From Saprolegnia diclina VS20 (Eukaryota): a stretch of DNA of 64,000 nucleotides. The first letter of the stretch is position 1. Every line of letters starts with the position of its first letter. This document shows, piece by piece, positions 51,650 through 63,746 of the stretch. Under the pieces are notes generated by a model that saw only the letters and a list, made by a program, of their open reading frames with translations, was not told the DNA's origin and searched no databases. The stretch is taken from positions 524,954 through 588,953 of the forward strand of contig NW_008246070.1 of NCBI RefSeq assembly GCF_000281045.1. Direction: 5' to 3'. The translations under genes and the position numbers were made by a program.

Positions 51650-52215
51650 CGGTCTCAAGTTTGGAAATGAAACTCAAGAACAGCTGGACAAGTCCCTGTT
51701 GCAGGAAATAGTGTACGTCCCCACGTTGAAGTGCTTGGACAGAAGCTTATGGAACGCGCGCTTGACCTTGACCGATGACGTAGTGTGGGTCCGCACAAGA
51801 GTTGGCTCGTTAGTAGCCTCTCGCACGAGAGAGTGCCACGTCGTCGTTTTCGCGGCTGCGATCCCGGCTTCCTTCCACGCTTTCAGTCGTACAGTGTAGA
51901 CCCGAGCCAAACAAGCCGTTTCCTCCTGCCATTGCGCCAGTTGGCCACTGCATGGAGTGCGCTCGCCGCCTTGTTGTCGATGCGCCGAGGACGACAAGCG
52001 CGCTGTCCGACGAGTAACTCGAGCGTCCACGCCGAGATTCGTCTATTGCCACACTATTTCCGTATCAACGTGATGTTCGCAAGCCGAACGCCGTCGCTGA
52101 CGCGCGCCGCGTATCGACAGACCTCGCGTCTGATTGGCGGCCGAACGGTCGTTTCGATTTGGACGGCAACTTCAAGTTGAAGTGGCGCAAGATCGGCGGA
52201 CTTCGAATTCGAACC

Positions 52216-53357
52216 ATGGACGCGTCGGACCCGGGACGCGTGCGCTTAGCCGCCGGCGCCGTTGGCTCGACGCTCGCGGAGCTCTCGACGCTGCCCATGG
52301 ACTTTGCCAAGGTCCAGCTGCAGACCGCCGGCCAAGGCAAGTCGTTGGGTACTTGCGCTGCGATACTCCGTGCGGGGTGGGACGACATGGAGGGCGATAG
52401 GCCTGCTGACGACGCTACGCGACGCCGTGACCCGTGATGGCCCCCGTGTGCTCTGGCGCGGCGCCGTGCCGGCCGTGACGCGCCAAGTGGCGTACTACAG
52501 CGTCTCGATGGGGCTCTACACGCCGCTTCGCGACTGGCAGGGCCCTGCCCAGACCGGCTATGCCGATAAGATCTTGGCCGGCGGCATAGCTGGCGCGATC
52601 GGAATCAGCATGGCGAATCCGTACGCACCATTGTCACGCGAGGCGAGGCGTGAGTGGTAATGTAGGCTCGACGTCGTCAAGGTGATGCTACAGGTACTAC
52701 TCATGCACGTCTCTCTCGTACTAGTAAGCGGACGGCGCAGGCCGACCGCACGTCCCATGGAAACGCGCGGTACACGGGTATGCTGGACGCCGGGCGCGCG
52801 CTGTTTGCACAGGAAGGTGCCCGGGGCTTCTTCCGCGTACTACGTTCCATCGACCACCGCCTCGTATCCTCCTCGTTCTAGGGTGTTGTGCCCAATATGC
52901 AGCGCTGCTTCATCGTCAACGGCATGGAATTTGGCACGTACGACCAGTGGTATGGAGTCGACTCGATTCGAATCCGCTGACGACGCTCGATTCTTAGCAA
53001 GTCGTATCTTGTCGAATCTGGCGTCTCGGGTCTCGGGGCCACCGTGGGTGCGAGTCTTGTGGCAGGGTTCGCGGGTGCCCTCGCCTCGAGCCCGTGCGTA
53101 CACTACGATTGCGATTCTCGACATGCAATGCTTCTTCTAGTTTGGATGTGGTCAAGACGACGCTCATGTCCCAACCGCCCGATCGCCGCCGGTCGCTCGG
53201 CGTCCTTCAGTGTGCGCAGACCATTGCGCGCACCCAGGGCCTCCGCGCGTTCTACAAGGGCTTTGTGCCCTACTGGCTGCGCGAGGCGCCGTGGTGCTGC
53301 ATTTTCTTCCTTACGTTTGAAGCGACGCGCTCGGCCTTGCTCCGTCCTAGTTCATAG
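52216..53357 (+). CDS. Mitochondrial carrier (SLC25), UCP/oxoglutarate-carrier-like
   Basis: Three signatures PMDFAKVQLQ, P|LDVVKV and P|LDVVKTTLM; LWRGAVPAVTRQ; FYKGFVPYWLR.PW. Confidence 0.9.
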
Positions 53358-53364
53358 ACTCTTT

Positions 53365-56300
53365 TTATGGGTTTGTCGTGTCGTCGTCGTCAACGGGCCC
53401 GAACGATGCGGCATCGTCGCTGTAGAGAGACGGTGGGGCGTTGGCCCACTGCCCGACGCAGCCGCGTGCGAGGATCGTGTCCCGGAGGCGGTCGCGCAGC
53501 ATGCGGTTCAGCGACATACTCGCGGCAGGCAGCGCGTACAAGGCCGACTCGGGCGGCGTGCCCATGGCAGCGTGCGACATGAGCCGCGCGAGCAGATCGT
53601 CGCCCATCGCGCCATAGACCTAGTCCTCGATACATTGATAGTTTTCGAAACTCGAAAACCACCTTTTGCGCCAGGGGCATGACCGAGATGAGCATGTGCA
53701 CCATCGTGTCGAGCTGCTGCGTGAGCGACGCGCGCTTCTTGGTCATGACTGCGACCTGCTGGACCGCTTCCTCTTTCTCGAGCAAAATTGCATTTAGTCG
53801 GTCCACAAGCTCCGAGAGTTGCAGCCGAAGATGGTCGCGGTCCTAGCACCACCGCGCGTCAGTATCTTGCTTTCATTCGTCGATCGCACGAGCTCGACGC
53901 GGCGGAGACGTGTCTTGGCATCGACGGTCGCCTTCGTTAGCATCTGAACGTCGTCTCGTAAGCGTTGCACGAGCAGTGTCGCAGCGTCGATCGCAGGTCC
54001 GTCAAGTGCAGTCTACGAGGCATTGCCAATTTCGCCCACGTACGAGTCTAGCGCAGGCGCGTACGTCATCAGTGTCATGAGGCGGCAACGAGACGTCGGT
54101 CGGCCTCGCGGTCGCTTCCTACAGCTGCATTGTCCATTGCTCGGAAGTATAGGATGCGCCGTACGACCACGAGGCGAGCCGTCCACCGCGCAGAAGGCGA
54201 GAGCTCCAAGAGGTGCTTGACCAGTCGCTGCACATCGTGGCGTCCGATGCGCTGCATTACTGTCTCGAGCACGCTCTCGTTGATCGACAAGAGCAGGTGG
54301 TGCACTTGGTCGGGCGTGCACAGGGCGGCGTGCGGCGCGATCGCTTCCAAAAGCGTTGTGCCCGTGGCCACGTAGTAGCTACGTCCATGGTTCTTCCTCT
54401 GTCACCTTGTGCAGTCATTTGTACATGGTGCAGCCCAGCTGCCACATGTCGGTCGCGGCAGTCGGTATCGGCGTCTCGCCTTGGAGGTACGCCGCCGCCA
54501 TCTCGGGCGCACAGTACAATACGTTCTGGGTCGGAAAGACGAGCCACGATGCAATGGCTTGGCCGATGAAGACGCTGTGCGGCGCCGGGTGCAGCATATA
54601 CGTGTCCTCGACCGGTGCTTGCACGACGGTCGCCGGGCACTAGAACAGCACGTAAGTACTAGGAAGCTCAGCGGGATGCCTACAATGTTGCCGTGCACGA
54701 CACGCGCCACCTCGTGCCAATGAAGCAGCACCGCTGCCACGGACGCGAGAAGACTTCGGGGGTCCACTGCACCGCTCGTGGCCACGGTCGCGCGCGGGGT
54801 CGACGTGACGAGCCCGAATTCAAGTGTCCGCGACGCACCCCTACCCCTGTATCAAGTTGAGACTTGTCAAAGGCGCCGTACGCTGGGAGGCGGATGCGGC
54901 GACGCGCGTTCTCAAAGGTGTCGCGAAGCGCTGGCACGGCCACGCCGTTTGGTGCCTACGCGCGTGGTGAGACGCCAGCTCGCACCAACAAGAGAGCACC
55001 GGCGTCGCCAGCAGCGCCGTGTAGAGCCCAATCAAATGGCGGTGGATCGCGCTCGACGAACAGTACTGCAGACGCACGTCGTCATGGCCGTCGACAGCTT
55101 CGTCGATGGCCGAGAAGCACACGTCATGTTCTCCCTGCGGCCCGTGGGAGAACAATGTCGTTGCAAACTCAGTGACGGCGCGGTCAGAAATGCGATAGCG
55201 CTGACGGTACGACGCGCCGCCAGCGAGGAGCCGGTAGGCGTGCGCGGACGGAATCGACGGGTTCTCAATCAAGTAGTGCACCGGCAGCTTCATGGCCTAC
55301 GCACGATAGACAGTACAACATTGTCATTCGGAGTACTAAGTACGTGGTCGGTGACTTGGGAGGCCGACGGGTCCGCATCAAAGACGATGCTGATCATGTC
55401 GACGGACACGTGGCGGTTTGCGGCGAGGTAGTGCAGCGGCGTCTTGCCTCGCTACGTATGCGCCGTTGCCCATCGATACAACTCGATCAACTCGTTCTAC
55501 TTGGTCGACGACACTTGTGATCGCGCGCGCATGGTCGAGGAAGAGCCACACGAGGTCGACCGAGATGCTCGGATGGCTGCACGCATAGTGGAACGGCGTA
55601 CACCCGTACTAGTTGCGATGCATCACACCACAAGCCATTGCGTGGCAAGTACCTTGTCGAGTGCGGTCGCGGCGTCCGGGTGCAGATCGTAGATGGCGCG
55701 GATCATCTCTGGTGAGCTCGACGGGTTCATGCACGCAATGTGCAAGCTCGTGGATGCCTCCTACGTCGTCGGTTGTTGGACGCGTGCTATTGATTCGGTG
55801 TAGGCGCTACGTCGTCGAGCCAGAGCAAACTCGTCGGCACGCTCGTCGCAACAGCCGCATATTCAACGACGAGCTTCATCGCGAGCGCTTCGTTGCTGCA
55901 GAGCAGATGCAATGACGACTGGCCATGCTAGAGCCAACAGTGTAGTGCAAAATACGCTAGCGAGAACGTACGCCGTCCACGACATCGACGGCACCAGGAA
56001 ACGCATGCAGGAGCTGCCGCAGCGCCGCCGCCGTCACCTTCGGGTTGGCGACCGCCCGGTGCAGCGGTAGCTGTCCATGCTAGGTATGTATCAAGTTGAT
56101 ATAGTCAACCAAGAAATAAGTCCTACCATGTCACTGTGCTGTGCGGCATTCACGTCCAGCGACAAGAGCAGCTGGAGCAATTGGCTCTCAATGTGGGTCG
56201 GGTGCGCTGCAACCATGTGCAAAATGGTGCGTCCCATCTATCCAAGTACTTGAGGAATGACGAGCGAGAGCAGGACGGGTACGCTGTCGACGACGGACGT

Positions 56301-57125
56301 CGTCTCGGGGGCTAGCGAGAGCACGGTCGCGCAGAGTTCAAACTCACACTCGGGTCGCAGGAGAACGCAGTGCAACGGCGTGCGGCCCTCCTAAACCGCC
56401 GTAAGTGTCCGCCATCACATCCTACTGCGTACGTGATTGCGCAGCGAAAAGGTCTCGTAGTTGTGCAGCATCATGGTCATGTCGATCGTCTGGCTCGAGT
56501 TCAAGCACAGATAGTGCACCGGGAGGCACGACTCTTTGTCGCACATGGCCGCTGAAACGGGAAACGCGACGACGAGCACTTGAATCGCACGCACGGTCAC
56601 GGACGGGTTCATGCAGAGGTAGTGCAATGGCGCCCGACCGCGCTACGCACTGCATGAGTACACAGCGCGAGACGTAGCCGCACCTTATCCATGTAGGCGA
56701 CACCTTCGGGATATTCGTGCACACAGTGCTGTAAGAGCTCAAGCGCCGCTCCGATCTGCGGCCACTGGCAAAGATGGTGCAAGAGCACCGTATCGTCCTA
56801 CGGAGCTGCATGAGGTGCAGCGCGATGATGAATGTACCTGAAGCGGGGACGCGACAAGCTTTGGGTGCGTGGTCACGGCTTGCATGGCCAAGGCGGCGTC
56901 CTTTTCGTCCAGCGCCCGGTGCAGAAGCGCGACGACGTCGGGCTTGCAGTCTTTGATGTGATACGTCGTCGTGGGCGCTCCAGTTGCACTTGAATTGGGC
57001 TCGGGCGTCGACGCGCGGCGCGATCGAAACTGCGTGATCTTGAGGCCGCCCCATGGCCGCGCCGCTTTGGGCGTCAACAGAGTCGCGTCGTCTTCGACCA
57101 TCTCGACGGGCGCGCTTGCCTCCAT
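53365..57125 (-). CDS. Ankyrin-repeat plus degenerate kinase (pseudokinase) plus coiled-coil protein
   Basis: About 10 ankyrin-like units (GRAPLHYLC, GRTPLHC, GRTILHM, GQLPLHRA, GKTPLHYL), then VVHGNI|CPATV, YCAPEM and TDMWQLGC; many introns. Confidence 0.75.
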
Positions 57126-58771
57126 CGTCGCCTTGGCAAGTGAAGCTTCGATATCGAGCAAGTGCAATCTCGAAGACGTCGTTTTGATTGGCTATGGTTT
57201 GGATATGGTGGGCGTTGATTGGGCCGACCGTTGGCGACCGCTCAGGATCAGCGACCGCCGATGCTCGTCCTCAAGCGGTGGCTCCATGTGTGGTACCTCG
57301 GGACTATTGTCGAGGCGCTCGACGATGACATGGTTCTCGTGCATGTCCAAGGCGACAGCATCGAGAAGGATGTCCCGATGCCCAGGACGGCGCTGCTGCC
57401 ACAAGAGTGCATCGTCGCGCCGCCCCCTCGAGGCTGGTTTGCCCAGGTCTCCGCGCCCACATCCGCTGGCTGCTGAACGACAAGAGCGTAGCGCAATGAC
57501 ATCGTCTACGTCTACGTAGCTGACTCGTCTTGCGCTCCCACGCTTCGAGAGCACGGGCTTCTTCTCGTGGGTACGGTCATCGAGCGTATTCCCCAGCACG
57601 ACGCCGCGCTTCTCGATGTTCTTCTGCCAGGACCCAACAACGTGCGCCGGTGCCAGCTTGGACTTGGCTTTGTATATAGTGGGAATGTACCGCTCTCAGA
57701 ACTGATCGGCGTCTGTCATTCGTAGCTCGGCCCTATTACACTCGACACCTTCCAAGCGACGCGCGAGCGGCTGGAGCAGCTTCCGCACCACGCCACACCC
57801 GACGCTTTCCAGCACACTTGATGAGCAGCGAGTTGAGTGGCTAAAGACCAAGCGTAATATTGTCTCCATGTTAACGCGAAAGCATCGAGTTGATGCGAAA
57901 GCAGCCAACTCGAGTCGACGAGACGCACGCAAGTACCGGAAGATTGGGATCGGCCGCCAAGGGCACTGCATGTGACGCGGCGTCTTCTCAGACCGCTGGC
58001 GTTGCCACGCGGCCAGAGGCCCAGGGCGTGCATCCCGCATGCGGGCTCTGGCCCAAGCTCGTCATTTCATTGATTCTCTGGGACGGCCGGGCCCGGCGCG
58101 AGCTATTTGTAAACATTGCCGTTTACAAATGCCGTCGCCAAGGCATTTGTAAACAGTGCCCCTTGTCACTCCAGAGTGGATGCAAGATCCAACGGAATTC
58201 CGAAAAGATACCTTTGCGCTTGAACTTGCGCGGCGGCGTCGGCATCGACCGTCGTCGTCGTCGTCGTGGGCTCGACCGACCAAACGACCTGCAAAGACAC
58301 GCACGGCTGTTGTCGGCCACTGGAATATTCAGTGGTCAGTGGCCGCCACAAGCAACCGTGGCTTTTATTCGTGGCGGTGCCGGCCACGTGGCTCGGACTT
58401 CGTTTATCGTCCTGCACCTGCTTGAGGAGCCTCTCAACGTGCGCGGAACCCATGACGCAAGGCAAGGACGTCGGCTGGGTGGGACACGAGCCCTCCATGC
58501 CAATCGTAGCGCGCATTCCAGCAAGTTCAAGTCCCAACGCGCGCCAGCTGGCGCGACGCACAAATCGCCTTCCGGAATCCGCTCCGGAAAATGACCTGCA
58601 TACAAATCGATAGACAATCACACGAGCGCTGGCTTGTAAACATCCGAAAATGACCGAATTGAACATAGAATGGCCTTGTTTCAGACCTGAAGCTAGGGTC
58701 CGCCTGTGCCCACCGTGTTTTTGCAGCGGTTTTGACCACAAGATGGCGTCGGTCAGTTTTCATTTCGCAGC

Positions 58772-60243
58772 ATGTTCCGCAACACGGTGACCAAGGCCGC
58801 TCGCCTCGTGGCCCGCCAGCCCGCGCGCCTGACCGCTCTGACGGCGCTGCCCCGCGCAATGACCTTGCGCCAGCAGGCGCCGGCCATGGCCTTCCTTGGC
58901 CGCCACTTTGCGACCGCGACGCCCGTGGCGTCGACGACGACGCATGTCAACAAGCCCAAGACGTCGCTCATGCTCGAAGTTGGCGACAACCCGGGCTCGC
59001 TCCAGGACGTGCTCAAGTTCTTCTGGAAGCATGACATCAACATGACGCGCATCGAGTCGCGCCCGACCAAGGGCTCGTCGCCCGACTATTCGTTCTTCAT
59101 CGACTTTGACGGGCGTCCGGGTGACGACGGCGTCGACGCACTTCTTGACGACCTCAAGCGCCACTGCAAGAGCATGATGATCCTCAACGAGAAGAAGGGT
59201 ACGTCTCGCCCATGTTGCATGACTATGACCGCTCATATGTATGCTATATAGTGCCGTGGTTCCCGCGCAAGATTGCGGACTTGGACATGTCGGTGGCGCA
59301 GACGCTGGACGCCGGCGACGAGCTCGAGTGCGACCACCCGGGCTTCAACGACAAGGTGTACCGCGCCCGCCGCGACCAGCTCACGGAAGTCGCGCTCAAC
59401 TTTCGCCAAGGCCAGGAGATCCCGCGCATTGAATACACGCCGGACGAAATCAAGACATGGGGCCTCGTGTACGAGCGCATGCAAGACCTCTGGGGCAAGT
59501 ACGCGTGCGACGAGTTCAAGTACATTCTGCCGCTCCTCGAGACCAACTGCGGGTACGCGGTCGACAACATTCCCCAGGCCCAAGACATTTCCAACTTTCT
59601 CAAGGAGTGCACGGGCTTCACGCTGCGCCCGGTGACCGGTCTTCTCTCGTCGCGCGACTTTCTGAACGGCCTTGCGTTCCGCGTCTTCTTCTCGACGCAG
59701 TACCTCCGCCACCACACGATGCCGCTCTACACGCCCGAGCCCGACATTTGCCACGAGCTCATGGGCCACGCGCCCATGTTTGCGGACCCGGCGTTCGCCG
59801 ACTTTTCGCACGAGATTGGTCTTGCATCGCTCGGTGCCTCGGACGAGGAGATTGAGCGCCTCGCGACGTGCTACTGGTTCTCGGTCGAGTTTGGCGTGTG
59901 CATGCAGCACGGCGAGAAGAAGGCGTATGGCGCCGGCCTCCTCTCGAGCTTTGGCGAGCTCGAGTACTCGTGCTCGCCGAGTCGCCCGGCGGGTGGCGAA
60001 GACGTCTTTCCCGAGTACCGCCCGTGGGACCCGTACCAGGCGGCCAAGCAAAAGTACCCGATCACGACGTACCAGCCCGTGTACTATGTGGCCGAGAGCC
60101 TCACGGACGCCAAGGAGCGCATGCGCGAGTTCTGCGAGGACATGAAGAAGCCGTTCCACGCGCGCTACAACCCGTACCAGCAGACCATCTCGGTCGACCG
60201 CGCCGTGCTCTGCGACTCGAAGAACCAAAAGGCGTGCAAGTAG
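58772..60243 (+). CDS. PAH: Phenylalanine-4-hydroxylase (ACT plus catalytic domain) with N-terminal presequence
   Basis: [20 protein letters not shown]; catalytic: [52 protein letters not shown]; one intron about 59199-59251. Confidence 0.95.
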
Positions 60244-60309
60244 ATTTGTTTCCTAGTTAGACCGTGTATTGTACTCAATCTTGAACCTCTTCGTCCCCAT
60301 TTTCGCGTC

Positions 60310-61958
60310 ATGGATCTTGAAGCGGCGCGACCGCCACCGAGCGCCGAGGACGCGCCCGACGACAACGTACGCTGTAGCGCAATGGCATGGACTTGAGATG
60401 GGATAGAACGCTCCGAGCCACGGCGAAGGCGGCGCTGCCACCGGCGACGACGACGCTGCCTCTTCTGTACAGCTGTGAAGACTACGTCTTGGCGTGACGG
60501 AGGCGTGTAGAGCGATCTCGGTCTCCTCAGCACCGACGACGAAGGCCACAATGGTGCCACCACCGGCGATGAGTTTGATCCGCCCTTGGATCCGCTTCCC
60601 GAAGGCGATGACGAGGCGCCGGGCGACATGCTCACGTTGGAAGCCAGTGCGCTCGAGGTACCGGCCGCACCGAGCAGCAGCAGCAGTCCGCCGACGAGCA
60701 CACCATCCAGCGTTGCCGTCGACAGCACCGAGCTCACTCCAACTCCAACACCATCGGTCGCGACGCGTCGGGTACCTCTCATGTGTCAAGCTAATCGTAC
60801 CGACGGGGCGTAGCAAGAGAAGCGGAAGAAGGTCAAGGCCAAGCGCGACGTGGTGCCTGTCACGCCCGGGTTCTTTCAGCACGAACGCGCCATGGTGGCA
60901 CTGAGCCTCAAGAAGCTGCGTGCGATGCGACGCAAGGCGCCGATCCAAGTTCGCATCTTCACGGCGCCGCGCCGCGTCAAGACGCCGTTCGACAACTACG
61001 TCTGCGCGACGTCTGAAGTCGGTACGGGCTTCGAGGCGCCATCATGTCCACACAAGCGCCATGCGTAGTGTGCAGCGACATCTTTTGGTCGGCGATTCAA
61101 GGCAACATGCTCCGGCTACAGCACCTCGTGCGCGTCGAAGGCATTGCCGTCGAGACGACCGCCGACCCATGGATGGTACCCAGATCCGCCGCTCTTGGCA
61201 GCAGCTTCTAAGGTTGCTCTAGATGCACCAGACGCCACTGCATTGGTATGTAGTGCTCAAGACACTGGCTCGCTCGGTGCAAGGTGTCGCGTAGGGCGGC
61301 AAAAGGGGGGTCGAGGGAGGCAGTGGCTTTTCTCTTGGCCCACGGCGCCAGCGTCTACACTAAGGACGACGTACGCTACCTCGTCTCACAAATTTGGCAC
61401 GCGTTTGTGCTGTAGAACGGCAGTATCCCGCTGTAGGACATGTTGTCCACAAAGGTAGTACAACGCGTGTAGACACTTGGCGTGCTATGCAGGCCACGCC
61501 CAAGTGGCCATTGCACTTCTTCAAGCGGGCGATCTCAAAGACCTTCTCATCGCCGACTACGACGTACGTGAGCACGACCCACGAAGACGACCATTACGTC
61601 CGTAGGCAAATTTGAATTCGCTCGAATGGGCGACCGTGCGCGGTCACACGCAGTGCGTACGAGATCTCATCAAGGTACTCAAGGCGGCGCTGGGGCTGGT
61701 ATGGACGGTTGCGTCGTCTAGTACACGGACACTGTCTGGCTCCCAACGTTTGTCGCCGACTTGATCTGGAACATCATTCTGAAAACCAAGATGAAGACAG
61801 CCGACGAAAAGCGGGCCGAGGAGAAAGTGGCCGCGCAGCGCGCCGAGTACCAGCGCTTGCAGGCCCTCGCCGAGCAAGCCAAATTGGCGGCCAGCCTCGG
61901 CGAGGCCGTGGTGCTGGACCGAAGCGATGTGAGTCGAGTCGACTTGAAGCCCCAATAA
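60310..61958 (+). CDS. Ankyrin-repeat protein with acidic low-complexity N-terminus, multi-exon (3' end uncertain)
   Basis: Spliced motifs IFWSAIQGN, QTPLHW|AAKGG, HLACYAGH, LEWATVRGH. Confidence 0.65.
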
Positions 61959-62071
61959 TGCTTCGTCTCGATACGACGGACTGTGCTTGTTGACGTGCAT
62001 TCAAGGAGCACGCATGTACTGGCATTGATTCATATAGCATCAAGCTTTTGACCAACGTAATTTCGAAGAAG

Positions 62072-62989
62072 TCAAGTCGAACGCGCAACTGAGATGGCCG
62101 ACTCGGGACCGTAAAAGGCAGCCATGTTGAGGACGGCTGCGACCGCTTCAATGCTTCTCAAGATCGGTCGAAGGCCCGAGACAAAGTCGCCAGCGCCGTC
62201 GATTGCGATCAAGCGATCGCTCTCGTCAAAGCTCCAGTGCATGGTTACGTACAGCGTCATGACCTGGCCAATCTACGCGCCATGCATATCTGATGCGAGG
62301 CCTTTAATTGCGAGTCATACGAGCTGCGGCTTGAGGTGGTCGGGGCAGTAGGGGAAGATGGTTCGAATGGAGCTTTGTGTGATTTTGAGATTCGACTTGA
62401 CGACGCCTTTGACGATCGGCCCGTCGTCGGTCTTGAGAACCGCGCAATCTTGCATTTCGATAACCACCTACACATGGATGATGCGCGCGCCCGTATACAT
62501 GCGGTCGTACACCGGAGAACGTCGTCGTGTAGCGCAGCCAGTTGCTCAAGATGCTCTGGACACCAATGCCGCCATTGTAGCGGACGTTGGCGGCGGCAAT
62601 CCCAGTGAGAAACGCGAGCTGCTTGGCGCTTTGCTTGCGCTTCGTGTCGTTGTAGCCCTAGTACACATCGTAGCGTTGGCAGTGGTCTAGGACGAGATCA
62701 TTGCGCGTACGTGCTTGAAAAGCGTGACATATTGGCGGGCGATCTTGAGTGTGGGCCCACCGTCAAAGTTGGGCTGGACGCAGAGCACGTACGCGAGGGG
62801 TACACGCCGCACGAGGCTTGCCATGCGTCCTTGGAGCCGCGCGACTTCGTCACGGAGCGTCTCGACGGTCGCCGTTGTCGCGAGATACCTTGACTTCTTG
62901 CGGTCGCGGCTCGCTTTTTGGATGGCGCGGCTGCGGACGAGCCGCAGGAGTTGCTCGTCGGCCACGTGCGCCGCTTCGTGGCAGGCCAT
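62072..62989 (-). CDS. Oomycete-type bZIP-like transcription factor with C-terminal domain
   Basis: Basic region RSRAIQKASRDRKK plus short zipper VETLRDEVARL; ARQYVTLFKH; C-terminal WSFD..RLIAI..DFVSGL..IL resembles the expanded oomycete bZIP family. Confidence 0.7.
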
Positions 62990-63278
62990 TTTGGCAACTC
63001 AGGACCACCTACGTGTTGCGCAAGGGTTTTAATCACCAATCAGATCGTCGTATAATGTATTCCGCGCCTGGGATTGGCCCATTCAGTATTGATATTCGTT
63101 TTCACAGCCGGATGAAACGGCGCTGGAACGAGTGTCGAAGCGTGCTAAAATCACATCACCAGCTACCGTTTCACTGGCAACGTGGAACAATCTTCGTACC
63201 CAGTAGCTTGCATGCGAGTGTCGTGACATGTCTCGATACGTGAGCTGTGCACATTGTGGCAAGGTTCAGATCTGAGAG

Positions 63279-63350
63279 ACCAAAATGTGTGGGAATCCGA
63301 ACCACACATTTTGGTAAGCGGTGATGGTGGGCGGCCACCATCACCGCTTA
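63279..63350. repeat. Two abutting perfect inverted repeats (14-bp and 16-bp stems)
   Basis: ACCAAAATGTGTGG-n9-CCACACATTTTGGT and TAAGCGGTGATGGTGG-GCGG-CCACCATCACCGCTTA. Confidence 0.95.
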
Positions 63351-63746
63351 GATATTCTGGATCTTGGCACTGGAGCGGTAAGCGCAGTGCACTTGCTTGC
63401 ACGCATGGAGGTCATGGAATGGTTGCGTCGCCTTCCATTGGCGGGTCGTTTGGCTGCACGCCGCATCACAACGACCGGCGAAGGGAGCTCGAAGCTCGGC
63501 GAGAATCGTTGTGCGTGTGGTGGCTGGAGAAGGCGCTATGTAGTAGAAACAAAGTTGGGGTGACATCAATGGGGCTTATTCGCCTGGATGCAAATGATTT
63601 GAAATTGCAGCACTTCGTCAGTCAACGCCACCGTGCTGCCACGTATATCGCACACTATTTCAGATTCTGAAGTAGCCGGAGGTAGTGTACGACGTATATT
63701 GATGTTCCGAGGTTGCAGTTGTCAGCGAAGTTCGACGGCGACGACA

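Noticed and set aside
57192..57830. In-frame TGA (MTDADQF*ERYIP) as selenocysteine or readthrough
   Set aside because: No recognisable protein family, redox motif or SECIS element; long chance ORFs are common at this GC content.
59233..60228. Long antisense or overlapping ORFs (also 39682-40914, 14257-15321, 30038-31015)
   Set aside because: These are shadows of strongly GC3-biased genes on the opposite strand and carry no motifs.
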